Assembly: GCA_964016885.1 (NCBI GenBank)
Contig: CAXHJY010000158.1
Location: 1 to 64,000, forward strand
Direction: 5' to 3'
DNA: 64,000 nt
Origin: Eledone cirrhosa
Taxonomy: Eukaryota
Shown here piece after piece: positions 26,827 through 40,217 of the stretch (within the stretch, counting starts at the first letter, position 1; the number at the start of each line of letters is the position of its first letter). The notes under the pieces are model-generated. The model was not told the origin of the DNA and searched no databases. It worked only from the letters and a program-made list of their open reading frames with translations. A program made the position numbers and the translations under genes.

Positions 26827-27570
26827 TATATATATATACAAATATACGTATATATATATATATACAAACATATATATATATACAAAGATACATATATACA
26901 AACATACATATATATACAAACATACATATATATATATATATACATACAAACATACATATATATATATATATATACTGCAAAATGTTACCAAATAGAAATT
27001 GTGAGGAGTGATTACAAAAATTACACTTGTAGTCCAAGCAAAATGTAATAGGTGTGTGTGTGTGCTTGTACTTTGAAACCATAGTAGAAAATATCTGATT
27101 TACAACCACTTTGGGTTGGTGACATTTAACAGTTAGATGTTTAGTCAAATTGAGAATTCTTGTTACATACAGCATAATTCTTCCACTTCCTAGTCAACGA
27201 AAGATCTGGATGTTGGAATGAACTTCCGTCAGTTTCAATGATGATTTTTTCCAGTTGTTTGATTAATAGAACTGCTCATGAAATTAACATATGACTAAGC
27301 ATTAAATAGACACATGTACGTTTAATGCAATTCTCAGTGTGTGACATGATGGTCTTTTGAATTACAAGTACAGTCTATCCGATGGGCTTCCAAACAGTTT
27401 CTGTCAACCCAATTTCACTGAGACATCACAGGTTGACCAGAGGCTATCGTATATGACATTTGCCCAAGATGCCACACGGTGGGATTGAACCCAAGAACCA
27501 ATATCTGTGAAGTGTACTTCTAAGCCAGTCGACCAGATATATATATATATATAACAAAAAACAAAAAAAC

Positions 27571-30395
27571 AAGACAATCACTTGATCACCTACAGATCAG
27601 GGGAACATACCAGCCAGGTAGATTATATCCTTACCAGAAGACGTGACAGAGTGTCTGTTGTAAACACTAAATCCCTCCCCCATGAAGAATGCACCTCCCA
27701 ACATAGACTCATAATTAGCGACCTCATAGTCAGGACGAGACGTACTCGACAGCAGAAGAGGACTATCCTCAGGAGAAGAATATGGAAGCTAAAGGACCCC
27801 ACAGCCAGAAATAAATTTAAAAGCATATTACTTGATGCTTTCGACAGTAAGGAAGAGCATTTAGAGTCGTACAATATAGAGGAACAGTGGGAATTCCTGA
27901 AAGCAAACCTGCTGATGGCGGCAGACAAAGTCTGTGGCTGGAGCAGGCCTATAGGCAGGAGGAGAGTAACATGGTGGTGGAACAGTAAGGTGGAGGAGAC
28001 AATTAAGGCCAAAAAGCAGGCTTGGAAAGTATGGCAGGATGGGGGAAGTAGAGAAGACTATCAAGTGGCTAGGAGACAAGTGTACTTCGCAAGAAGAGAA
28101 GCAGAGGAAAGAAAGTTCAAGCATGTTCTACAACGCGAGGACCAAAAACGTGAGGTGTTCAGGATTGCTAGGCAATGTGTCAAGGAAAACCGTGATATTG
28201 TCGGGGAGAAGTGTGTCCTTAATGATGATGGTGTACTTGCCATCACTGATGCTGATAAGAAGGTAGCTTGGAAGTGTCACTACGAAAGGCTACTAAATGA
28301 GGAGAATAAATGGGAGACACTCCCCCACATCCACCCAATAGAGGGACCAGCAGTGTTAGTCGAAGGTAGTATAATAAGCAAGGCAATCAAAGATATGAAG
28401 ACGGGTAAGGTGGCTGGGCCTTCGGAAATAGTTGCTGAAATGCTGAAAGCTTCTGGAACGGTGGGACACATCATGGTCACCCGGATAGTAAACCAAGTCA
28501 TACAGAATGGGGTCGTTCCGAAGGACTGGCGTAGCAGCATCATCATTAACTGCTACAAGGGTAAAGGAGATGCCCAAGATAGGAGTAACTATAGAGGCAT
28601 TAAATTAATCGACCAGGTCATGAAGGTCACAGAAAAAGTAATAGCGCAACTAATCAGAGAGAGAATTGATCTAGATGAAATGCAGTTCGGGTTTGTGTCA
28701 GGTAAAAGTACCACAGATGCTCTTTTCATTGTACGACAACTACAGGAGAAGTACCTAGCTAAAAGTAAACCCCTATACTTAGCTTTTGTCGACTTGGAGA
28801 AAGCCTTCGACAGAGTCCCCCGTTCCATTATCTAGTGGTCTCTTAGAAAACTAGGTGTTGATGAATGGTTTGTGAGAGCTATACAAGCCATGTATAAAGA
28901 AATAGTTAGCAAGGTTAGAATTAACAATGAATATAGTGAAGAGTTTAGCGTAAAAGTTGGTGTTCATCAGGGCTCCGTTCTTAGCCCCCTACTATTTATT
29001 ATTGCCCTTCAGGCTATAACAGTGGAGTTCAAGACCGGCTGCCCATGGGAACTCCTATACGCAGATGATCTAACGCTCATAGCTGAATCAATGGCCGAAC
29101 TAGAGCAGAAATTCCAAACATGGAAGCACGGCCTAGAATCAAAAGGCCTTAAAATTAACCTGGCTAAGACTAAAGTTCTAGTTTGTAGGAAGGAAAATAG
29201 GGCGGCGGTCCCATCCGAGATATGGCCATGCTCAGTGTGTAGGAAAGGAGTAGGTAGAAACTCCATTTTATGTCACAAATGTAAAGTATGGGTGCATAAA
29301 AGATGTAGTGGGATCACAGGTAAGCTAACTAAAAACATAGATTTTACATGTGACCGGTGCTCTGGTGCAATAAGTAGCAGCAAGTGCCCACAGAATACTA
29401 GCTCTTTCAATTGCACAGAGGGTTCTATAGAAATAGTGAACAGCTTCCGTTACCTGGGTGACAAAATCAGCAGTGGGGGAGGGTGCTCTGAAAGTACAGT
29501 AGCTAGAGTCAGAACTGGATGGAAAAAGTTCAGAGAGCTTATACCACTATTAGTCGCTAAAGGGTTCTCCCTAAAAATGAAAGGCAGACTGTATGATGCC
29601 TGCATATGAACAGCAATGTTGCATGGCAGTGAGACCCGGGCATTGTGTGCGGAGGATATACGCAGACTAGAGAGGAACGAAGCTTGCATGCTCCGCTGGA
29701 TGTGTAATAGTAATATTCGTGAACGGCAAAGCATTAATGAACTAAGGGAAAAATTAGAAATAAGAGGGATCAGATGTTGTTTACTCGAGAGAAGGCTACG
29801 TTGGTATGGTCACGTGATGCGCATGAAAGACGACAGCTGTATAAAAAAGTGCAGAGCAATAAAAATAGACGGTAGCCACGGAGTAGGCAGACCCAGAAAA
29901 ACCTGGGACGACTTGATAAATTCCGACCTCACACACTTACACCTCTCCAAGACAATGTCACTGGACCGAGATCTTTGGCGGTACACAGTAATAGAGAAGA
30001 CCCGCCTTACCTAAATACAAAGTAAAACCTACTACAGTCAGTAGGCACCTCGAACAAAATACACCCCCGTCCCACTACCCCCACCCCATCCACACCGCCC
30101 CTTCCAATGTAAAGTTATGTTGATACCACAACATCCAGGCCGAAACAAATGAGGTCGTGTAGGTGTCACGACGAAAAAAAACACAGTCCACGCTGTAATG
30201 TGGCCGTGTAGGTAACACGGTAAAAACCTCCCAGTTCCACACTGTAAATGTGGTTGGTGTGGGGAAGGGCATCCAGCCGTAGAAAACCCGCCAGACAGTC
30301 CTATGCGAGCAAGACAACCACTCTTGCCTCAAGTGGGAAAATTCCCGTCCAAACCCATGCAAGCGTGGAATATGGACGTTAAACAATGATGATGA

Positions 30396-30398
<3 letters not shown>
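27571..30398 (+). mobile_element. RTE family B, 5'-truncated, two in-frame stops
   Basis: ORFs 27582..28835, 28872..29609 and 29616..30014 are collinear with the intact ORF; full 3' UTR and tail. Confidence 0.96.
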
Positions 30399-30435
<37 letters not shown>

Positions 30436-30437
<2 letters not shown>

Positions 30438-30720
30438 GATGGCTGCAACTAGAATTCGAGTAATGCCATCGCTTGATACTTAAGCATGAGCATCACGGAT
30501 GTGGCTTTTTAGACCTGCTAGGTACTTGCCTATGGCCAGCAATACCATGCATAGCAAAAAATGTCACATATCAAGTGATGCCTGCGCTTGAAGCCTTTTT
30601 AAGTGAGGAAAGGCTTTGAACTGGTCTACATCATTGGATGCAAACAATGTCGCAGGTATTATATCAGAGTGACCTTCTCCTAGAGAGATGTCTTAATGAA
30701 GACTAGGAGTCTCTTGTTCC
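30436..30720 (-). mobile_element. Old relative of the bipartite RTE derivative
   Basis: gatggctgcaact..., aagccttttt, ccttctcctag motifs collinear with 24206-24600. Confidence 0.55.
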
Positions 30721-31866
30721 ACAAAAAAAAAAAATATATATATATGTATATATATATATATAAAAGCTAGAAAAGCAATAAGAAATGAAAACTTATACAG
30801 CGTGTGGGGACAAACTTGAATTTTAGATGGTTGAGAAAAAGTTATTGGTGTTAAGGGCCCATGTCAAACCTATAATCAAAGGCAATCAAGTCATGACACT
30901 CCTCTCTTTCTAAGGGTATATAGGATCATATTATCTAATGTGTCCTTTGTCATATTTCAGATGCTAGAATGTGATTTGCAGGCTATGCGGCTGCTATTTC
31001 TAGCAAGACAGGTACAGTATCAGCAAAAAAAAAAAAAAAAAAAAAGGAGAATGTAAATGAATACTATTACACACACACACACGCAAGCAGCAGATGTAAA
31101 GAGAGAGGAGTAGTATGAGGTAGTAAAACTACTACTCTCTCTCTCTGTGTTGACAGAATTGCAAAAATTTATATATAGATAAAACATTTTTATGGGCTAC
31201 CTTACTTATGAGTACCTCTCTCTTTCACCCTCTTCTCGTGATTAGGAACAAAAAAATGTGACATTTTTATTAGTTGGTACCTGCTGTTACTGATGGTCAC
31301 TACAATCATGCAAGCATGTTCACATACACCATAACAAGATTCACCTTTAATATGGGTTCTCAGTTTGAAGTCATGTCATTTCAGCGTGGGAAATTAACAT
31401 ATTTTGGAAGTTTAAATATTTCCAAATATATCTTGGGTCACTTTATTTAGGAAGGGATGGTTGGGATTTTCAGTCATACTCTCAGAAACAGCTAAAAGCT
31501 TGATAGCCATTTAAAATTTTTGCATCTGTTGCACATCACCATCCTCTGACTTTCATTTATCTATCTACACATCATCATCATCGTTTAACATCCATTTTCC
31601 ACGAACTGATTTTGGCTTGGTTTCTATGGCTGGATGCCCTTCCTAACACCAACCACATTTATGCAGACATTCACACCCATATGTACACACCGAAAGATAT
31701 ATACACTCATATATGCACACACAACTTTAGTACAGATATTTTGATGAAAAGAAATTGACATTATATCAAGTGAATACTGGAATGTAAAGATTTTCAATTG
31801 TTCAAACCATCATTTTATTCACTAAGATGGATTTCAAAAACACTCCCATATATATATATATATATA

Positions 31867-32759
31867 CAGGGTGCGGACGACATCTGTTCGCAATTTTCAA
31901 CTGCTAATTTTATGCAAATTATTTTTACTTCCGTTGTCACTCTTGTCTTCATAAAAACAGTGACTATATTTCCATTATTTATTTTCAGAATAATTGATTA
32001 TGAATAATTTTGAACCTCCAAATTTGTGGAAGAGACACGGAGTTCTTCTTGGAATCCGCGCCGGGAGGACAAATAAGGAAATTGCAGACTTTCTCAGCGT
32101 CAGCAGAAGAATGGTGTCTCATCCAAAGACGTGCCCAGAGTCATGCAGACAAAGTTTCCTGCGACAACATTGGTCTTAGGTGTCGTCAGCAGTCAAGGTG
32201 ACGTTATGTCACCTCACTTCTTCCCTGAGAGTCTCAAGCTGAACACCGATGGCTACATCTGCGTTCTGAGCGAGGTAGTAAAGCCCTGGATCGACCAGGT
32301 AGCTGCAGATAGGCCGTACGTGTAGCAGCAAGTCTCAGCGCCCTGCCATACCAGCCGAAAGACCCAAGCCTGGCTGTCAGAGAACTTCATCGACCACACT
32401 TCACCTGACATCTGGCTTCCCAGCTCGCCTGACTGCAACCCCCTCGACTTCTTTGTGTGGGGTGTAGTGGAACGAGACACCAACAGATCTAGCTGCAATA
32501 TGAAAGACGATCTGAAGGCCAAGATCACAAGTGCCTTTAGGGGCCTAAGCCGGGGTACAGTGACGAAGGCCTGTAGCCGGTTCCAAGGCCGCCTTGAGGT
32601 CGTCATCAAAGCCAATCGCGGGTTTATCAAGTGAGATCGAAAGAACAAGTCATGAAGACAAACTGACTCAAGTTTGATAAATATATCTTAAAAAAATAAA
32701 ACTACTGTGTTATTTTTTCCTAGACAGTCATCTTGCGAACAAGTATCGTCTGCACCCTG
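31867..32759 (+). mobile_element. Internally deleted Tc1/mariner element, DD37D (maT) type
   Basis: 27-bp TIRs cagggtgcggacgacatctgttcgcaa / ttgcgaacaagtatcgtctgcaccctg; flanks TA and TG; remnant QQ(V)SAPCH...SPDCNPLDFFVWG with 37 residues between the last two catalytic positions. Confidence 0.9.
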
Positions 32760-32763
32760 TGTG

Positions 32764-32803
<40 letters not shown>

Positions 32804-33058
32804 AAAATGCAGTGAACTCATGAACTTTGCTGTGCTTCTAATTTCCCTTCTTCACTCTCCCCTTATATTTAGTTTTCAAGTATCACTCTCGCAAACCCCT
32901 CTTGCATGCATTTAATTTATTTGTTAACATGTGATATATACTAGGGATATATATAGCTTATGATATATAAAACATGTAATCCCTGTGATCAAGCCTGACT
33001 ATAGGGATTACATGTTTTAAATTAATATCTGGGTGCTGAAAAATGTGTTCAGCACACC

Positions 33059-33097
<39 letters not shown>

Positions 33098-33446
33098 AAT
33101 TATTGTGTAAAGTGCTCAGGTGCACTACAACTATAAGGTGGCGGGTGCTTAGGAAGGAATAGGGAGCATAATGAGTAAGACTGGTTGCTCTTACTCGGGT
33201 GTGCCTTGGACTTTGACAACCCTTCCAACCCTTGGCAAAGAGCAAAGGGGATGTAAAAATGAAGATCATTTACATTCTACTTACTTTAAAATATATAATA
33301 CTAAGTTGAATAACTGATTAGTCTCAATTAGTAACATCGTATCCATATATATATGAGTGCGTGTATGTTTATATCTATACGTATATGAAAGGGCTCTTGA
33401 TGGGAGTTGTAGGAGCGTATTTTAAACTATATATATATATATATAT

Positions 33447-33942
33447 ATCATCATCATCATCATCAACGTTTAACGTCCGTGTTCCACGCTTGCATGGGTT
33501 TGGACGGGGGTAGTCCCACTTGAGGCAAGAGTGATTGTCTTGCTCGCATAGGACTGTCTGGCAGGTTTTCTACAGTTGGATGCCCTTCCTAACACCAACC
33601 ACATTTACAGTGTGGGTCTGGGAGGTTTTTACCGTGTTGCCTACACGGCCACATTACAGCGTGGACTGTGTGTTTTTTTTGTCGTGACACCTACACGATC
33701 TCATTTGTTTCGGCCTCGATGGCGCGGCACCAACATAACTTTACATAGAACGGGGTGGTGTGGATGGGGTGGGGGTGGTGGTGGTGGGACGGGGTGTATT
33801 TTGTTAGAGATGCCTACTGGCTGGAGTAGGTTTTACTATATATTTAGGTAAGGCGGGTCTTCTCTGTTTCTGAGTACCGCCAAAGGTCTCGGTCCAGTGA
33901 CATTGTCTTGAAGAGGTGTAAGTGTGTGATGTCGGAGTTTGT
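33447..33942 (-). mobile_element. RTE family B 3' fragment
   Basis: ORF end [15 protein letters not shown] plus 3' UTR and tail. Confidence 0.92.
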
Positions 33943-33954
33943 CAGATATATATG

Positions 33955-33985
<31 letters not shown>

Positions 33986-33996
33986 GTATATATATG

Positions 33997-34053
<57 letters not shown>

Positions 34054-34096
34054 GTATATATATGTATATATATATATATATGTATATATATGTATA

Positions 34097-34137
<41 letters not shown>

Positions 34138-34138
34138 G

Positions 34139-34171
<33 letters not shown>

Positions 34172-34172
34172 G

Positions 34173-36517
34173 TCATTATCATCATCATCATCATCACCGT
34201 TTTACGTCCGTTCTTTCACGCTAGCATGGGTTAGACGGGTTGTCCTGTTGTGGGCAGTGTCTGGTCGGCTGACCATGCCTTGCTCATACAGGAACTGATC
34301 TGGCTTGATTTCTACAGCTGGATGCCCTTCCTAACACCAACCTCATTTACAGTGAGTGCTGGGTGCTTTTTCGTGGCGCCTACACGTCCACTTTACAGTG
34401 TGGGCTGGGTGCTTTTTTGCCGTGGCACCTCCACGACCACCTTGCGGTGGGGGGGGGGGGGGGGGCATATTGTTTATATGCTTCAGCATGTACCCATGGG
34501 AGGTCGGGTACCCTGTATTACTGCGTGACGCCAGAAGTCACGGTCGTGTGTCATTGACTTTGAGAGGTGTAGTTGGGTAAGGTCGGCTTTTATCACCTCA
34601 TCCCAAGTCATCTTGGGTCTCCCCACTCCGCGGTTTCCATCAACTTCTAGTGCTCTGCACCTTTTTATGCAGCTGTCATCCTTCATACGCATCACATGTC
34701 CATACCAGCATAACCGCCTCTCCTGCACGCAGCATTTGATTCCTCTTATGCTCAGTCTCTCTCTCAATTCATTTATGCTTTGTCGTTCACGTATATTACT
34801 GTTACACATCCATCGGAGCATGCAGGCTTCGTTTCTCTCTAATCTACGTAAGTCTTCCACCTTCAGCGCCAAGGTCTCACTACCATGCAACATCGCTGTT
34901 CGGATACACGCATCATACAGTCTGCCTTTCATTCTGAGGGAGAAGCCTTTTGCAGCTAGCAGTGGTAGTAGTTCCCTAAACTTCTTCCATCCCGTTCTTA
35001 CCCTAGTTATTGTACTTTCTGAGCACCCACCTCCGTTGCTAATTCGGTCACCTAGGTAGCAGAAGCTGTCTACTGTTTCTACAGGGCCCTCCCAGAGATT
35101 GGTGGTACTTGTTTCCTGTGGCTGTTTGCTTGCTGTTTCAGCACAGCTGCTGCATGTGAATCCTACATTCTTAATTAAGCTTCCTGAGATCCCGCTACAT
35201 CTCTTGTGTACCCATTGTTTGCATTTGGGGCAAAGAATGGAGTTCCTACCTACACCTTTCCTACATACTGAGCAAGGCCATTTCCCTGAGGGGATCTGGG
35301 TTCTGTTTTCTCGTCTACTTATAAGGACCTTAGTCTTTGTCATGTTGACTTTGAGGCCCTTCCTCTCTAGTCCCTGCTTCCAGGTTTGGAATTTATTCTC
35401 TAGTTCTACCATAGATTCAGCTATGAGTGCGAGGTCATCAGCATACAGGAGTTCCCATGGGCATCCGGTCTTAAACTCCTCCGTTATTGCCTGCAGGACT
35501 ATGATGAACAGGAGAGGGCTAAGAACAGAGCCCTGGTGGACCCCAACCTGTACGCTAAATTCCTCGCTATACTCATTGCCAATCCTAACTTTGCTGACTG
35601 CTCCCCTATACATGGCTTGTACCGCTTTCACAAGCCATTCATCTACTCCTAGTTTTCTAAGAGCCCACCAGATTACTGCACGTGGAACTCTGTCAAAGGC
35701 TTTCTCAAGGTCGACAAATGCCAAGTAGAGTGGCTTACTTTTAGCTAGGTACTTTTCCTGTAATTGCCTCACAAGGAAGAGCGCATCAGTGGTGCCTTTC
35801 CCTGGTACAAACCCAAATTGCATCTCGTCTATATTCACCCGGTCCCTAATCAGCTGTGCTATAACTCTTTCTGTTACTTTCATGACCTGGTCCATCAACT
35901 TTATACCTCTATAGTTTCCTCTATCTAGTGCATCGCCTTTACCTTTGTAGCAGTTGACAATGATGCTACTGCACCAATCTTTTGGTATGGCCCCCTCTAG
36001 TATTACCTGGTTAACGATACGTGTGGTTATAGTGTGACCTACAGACCCAGATGCCTTCAGCATCTCGGCAGCTATACCCGATGGACCGGTTGCCTTCCCT
36101 ATCTTCATATCTCTGATTGCCTTACTTACTACGCTGCCGCTGACTTGTACTGCTGGTCCCTCTATAGGGTCTACGTGGGGTAGGGTCTCTTCTTCCCATG
36201 CATTCTCCTCATTTAGTAATCTATCATAATGACTCTTCCATGCATCTTTCTTCTCAGCACTTGTGAGGGCAAGCTCACCTTTATCATTCCGGATACACTT
36301 CTCTCCAATGACATCACAACTATCTCTGACACACTGCCTCGCAATCTTGAATACCTCCTGTTTCTGGTCCTCACGTTGTAAAACATGCTTGAATTTTCTA
36401 TCCTCTGCTTCCCTCCTAGCTAAGTATACTTGTCGCCTAGCTTCCCTCTTGGTCTCTATGTAATGTACCCTGCTCCCCCCGTTCTTCCATTCTTTCCATG
36501 CCTGTCTCTTGGCCTTA
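34173..36517 (-). mobile_element. RTE family A, 5'-truncated, uninterrupted RT ORF
   Basis: ORF 34483..36555 (first ~12 aa are flank): NYRGIKL, FVDLEKAFD, QGSVLSP, YADD, C4HC3 finger; 3' UTR and tail. Confidence 0.96.
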
Positions 36518-37086
36518 AAAGGTAAACACAAATAACAACACAATCGGTACAGCATATGGAAGGTATATATTAGGTTAACGCTTGATATAGCAGGAAGAGG
36601 GTCTTAACGTTTTGGACACTAGTCATTCATCAGAAGAAAGAATGAGAAATAAAATAGATTGAGGGGACGGCCGGGAATTGGAAAAAATGTACTAGTGTGG
36701 GAGTGAAAAATAGACGGGTGAGAAGAAGGTGGTGTAAGAAGATTGTAGTAGAGGAAAAGTGGTAGAGAGTTGTGGAATATTTAAATGCAAGAAGCAAAGA
36801 AAATTTCAAAGATACGAAAGATTTCCTGGTGGAAGTTCAGGTGTACTCCGGGTTGGTATCCAGTTTCGAGGTGAAAGTCCAATCAGAAAATCCAATGAAT
36901 TTTGAGAGGTCCACATAAGCGTTGATATATATATATATGTATGTAAAAGGTAAACAGAAATAACAACACAATCGGTACAGTATATGGAAGGTACATACAT
37001 ATTAGGTTAACGTTTGAATAGCAGAAAAAGGGTCTTAATGTTTTGGACACTAGTCCTTCATCAGAAGAAAGAATGAGAAATAAAAT
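36517..37086 (-). mobile_element. Tandem ~430-bp pLTR-like repeat with two minimal hammerheads
   Basis: aaaaggtaaaca(c/g)aaataacaacacaatcgg at 36517 and 36945; minus strand tctt-CTGATGA-a(g/t)gactagtgtcc-AAAA-c(g/a)-TT-aaga at 36602-36637 and 37033-37068. Confidence 0.75.
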
Positions 37087-37807
37087 CATCATCATCAACG
37101 TTTAACGTCCGTGTTCCACGCTTGCATGAGTTTGGACGGGGGTTTTCCCACTTGAGGCAAGAGTGATTGTCTTGCTCGCATAGGACTGTCTGGCAGGTTT
37201 TCTACAGTTGGATGCCCTTCCTAACACCAACCACATTTACAGTGTGGGGCTGGGAGGTTTTTACCGTGTTGCCTACACGGCCACATTACAGCGTGGACTG
37301 TGTGTTTTTTTGTCGTGACACCTACACAATCTCATTTGTTTCGGCCTGGATGTTGTGGTATCAACATAACTTTACATAGAAAGGGGCGGTGTGGATGGGG
37401 TGGGGGTGGTGGGACGGGGGTGTATTTTGTTAGCGATGCCTACTGACTGTAGTAGGTTTTACTATGTATTTAGGTAAGGCGGGTCTTCTCTATTACTGAG
37501 TACCGCCAAAGGTCTCGGTCCAGTGACATTGTCTTGGAGAGGTGTAAGTGTGTGAGGTCGGAGTTTATCAGCTCGTCCCAGGTTTTTCTAGGTCTGCCTA
37601 TTCCGTGGCTACCGTCTATCTTTATTGCCCTGCACTTTGTTATACAGCTATCGACTTTCATGCGCATCACGTGTCCATACCAACGTAGCCTTCTCTCGAG
37701 TAAACAACATCTGATCCCTCTTATTTCTAATTTTTTCTTTAGTTCGTTTATGCTTTGCCGTTCGCGTATATTACTATTACACATCCAGCGGAGCATGCAA
37801 GCTTCGA
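37086..37807 (-). mobile_element. RTE family B 3' fragment
   Basis: ORF 37470..37796, 3' UTR and tail. Confidence 0.93.
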
Positions 37808-38479
37808 ATATATATATATAAAGAGAGAGAGGACATGAAGTTGGCAGAAGTGTTTTTTATAGACAGGTGGTTTTTTTTTAGTTACTCATCTGTGAAGTGT
37901 GAAATCTTACCTAGGCAGCCCATAGCTAAAGCCTCTCTCCATTGCCATCCCCAGTTTAGCAGAGCTAACTTATGTTGAGAAAATTACTACTGCTGCTACT
38001 ACTACTACATGGAACCAAGGAGAGAGAGCTTTAACGTGGTTGCTTGCTGTGCTGGAAATAGCAACCAAGTCCCTCAACTCACATCTACCACTATGAAAAA
38101 GACTATATACATATATTGTGAGTAAAGAATGGCTGAGGCTGCATGGGTTCTCTTTGGCTAGCCACATAAACCAAATGTTTGCGTGTACGTATATTTATGT
38201 ACAAATGTATATTTCATCCACCACTTTATCCTGCCAATCCAACCAACATTTTTATTAACCCCCTATACACTCACCTCCACATTCATCACCTGCCTCACAT
38301 TGGCCAGTTAATATTCTATAACGATATCCACTACCAACCTTTATTGCCTTTTTCTTTCACACAGACATATCTCCACCCCACCCTGAAATGTTAGTTCTTG
38401 TCTGATGACCCTGTGATTCCAGAGTAACAAGACTCGCTATTCACCCTTAATAAAATGAATATACATTTTCTCCAGTGGC

Positions 38480-38725
38480 AACCTGGTACTGAGGAGGGTA
38501 AACTTTCAAAATATCAGTCACTCTCTGACAGGTTTGTGGTTGAGCCCAAAGCAGTGGAGATCTGGTTTTCTTGGCCTTAGAACCACTTCCCTACTCACCA
38601 CCATTGGCACAGAGTTGGCTACCTGCAGGTGAGAGCCTCATGAGTTGGAATGGCTCTTCCAACGTATCTCCCTCACCATCCTCCAGGGAAATTCCTTCTC
38701 TATTCTGTCTGCTGGGATCGTGAGG
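38480..38725 (+). pseudogene. Degenerate C-terminus of a CRE-like (restriction-like endonuclease) non-LTR retrotransposon
   Basis: Manual translation with frameshifts: EEGKLSKYQSLSDRFVVEPKAVE...IG..LA...EPHELEWLFQRISLTILQGNSFSIL, resembling E..K..KY..L...F.P.AVET.G and FQRIS..I.RGN of CRE elements. Confidence 0.6.
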
Positions 38726-39195
38726 CCGCTGGTGTGTGGGCTCCCATTTGCATATAATAGTGAGAAATGGGAAAAGCGAGAGAGAGAACATCAACGCACA
38801 CATTTTCCAGTTTGAGTATTTTGGTTTATCAGTCATAAGGATACATACAGTTGTTGGTACAAACAAAGAAAAGAGCAATCAACATGAAATATAGAAGTTG
38901 AATATTTATATTTGACTGAACTTTATACTACCAATGCTGGTAGTGCAGAGTTAAGTCAAAATCAAACTGTTAATATATATAATGCTTTTGAATAAAAAGA
39001 TAACATTGTATTTGTTCTGCTGAGCTACAAAGAAACTCCCTTATGATTACCACGAATCAACTGCAGTGACAGTGAACGAGTGGCTTGTTGGAAACCTGTA
39101 ACCAACGTTATTGTTCACTCAATGTGATATAAAATAAAGAAATAATTATGGAATTTACAAATGGTTTAGCCACAACATTATATTTACTATATATA

Positions 39196-39396
39196 GGTAG
39201 GTGCCATGACAAAAAGCACCCAGCACACACTGTAAATGTGGTTGGTGTTAGGAAGGGCATCCAGCTGTAGAAACCTAGCCTGAAACAGTTCTGTACGAGC
39301 AAGATATGGTCACCTGACCCAACTTGCTTCAAATGGAACAACCCATCTAACCCATACTAGCATGGAAAGTGGATGTTAAATGACCATGATGATGAT
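39196..39396 (+). mobile_element. Older RTE/SINE shared-tail fragment
   Basis: aaaaagcacccagcacacactgtaaatgtggttggtgttaggaagggcatccagctgtagaaa...cccatactagcatggaaagtggatgttaaa(tga)n. Confidence 0.75.
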
Positions 39397-40217
39397 ATAT
39401 ACTCATGTAATAGGTCGACTCCCTACTTTCTGTCCAGAAAGTTAGATTTTTCTCTGTACCTCATGTTAAAATTAGCCCTTGTTCTTCACAGACAACAAAT
39501 CAATCAACATTTGTAAACCAAAATAATGTTATGATGAAGAAACTAATTTTTCTACACTATTAAGGTCTGATGTAGGCAAGTGGAAATATTTCTAAGAGTT
39601 GTGCAACCATAATTATGTGTTTTAATGTGTAGAAATATCGGTGTTATTACAGTTATTTATCATTTTTATTTAATTAGTCATTTAGAGTCCATTTGGATTC
39701 CTGCTTATTGATATGATATTTTGGATGTTAGTGTGAATTTTAACCCCTCAAAAGTAGTACCCATGTAATAATTATCATAAATTTACCCCCCCCCCCCCCC
39801 AAAAAAAATCAGACTTTTACATGAGTGTATACAATAGTTACTTTGCACCAAATTGATCTTTGGGGTTATGTAGTATTACTTATTATATCAGCAAATCAAT
39901 GACATAAGTGCCTTTGTATCAGCTGTATTTGCCATAGATACAAGTTCTTAAACTTTACCCAACCAAAACTGCCTCTAGTTCTATGAAATATATGGCCCAT
40001 TTAAAAGGGTTATCTAAATTAAAATTTTTCAACATTATCTGATATAAGAACTTTATATATACCATCTTAATGAAATAATTTTACAAAATCTTTCCAAATT
40101 CTTCATTAATTAAATTCAATTAGTATTTTTGATTTGAAATATGATAACAAAAGAGAGGTCTTTTTTCAATAAAGGATAAACATCAAACATCTGGTGGGGT
40201 TTTATTGTTGTTGTTGT

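Larger units (their letters stand above)
9594..26980. repeat. TA-derived satellite TACAAACATAC(ATTC)(AT)n, interrupted by many insertions
   Basis: Motif acaaacatacattc repeated from 9.6 to 19 kb, shortening to acaaacatac from 22 to 27 kb. Confidence 0.93.

Noticed and set aside
36518-36555. N-terminus MLYRLCCYLCLPF of the 690-aa family A ORF, and the first ~40 aa of ORF 44840..46912
   Set aside because: Chance read-through into flanking DNA beyond the 5' truncation points.
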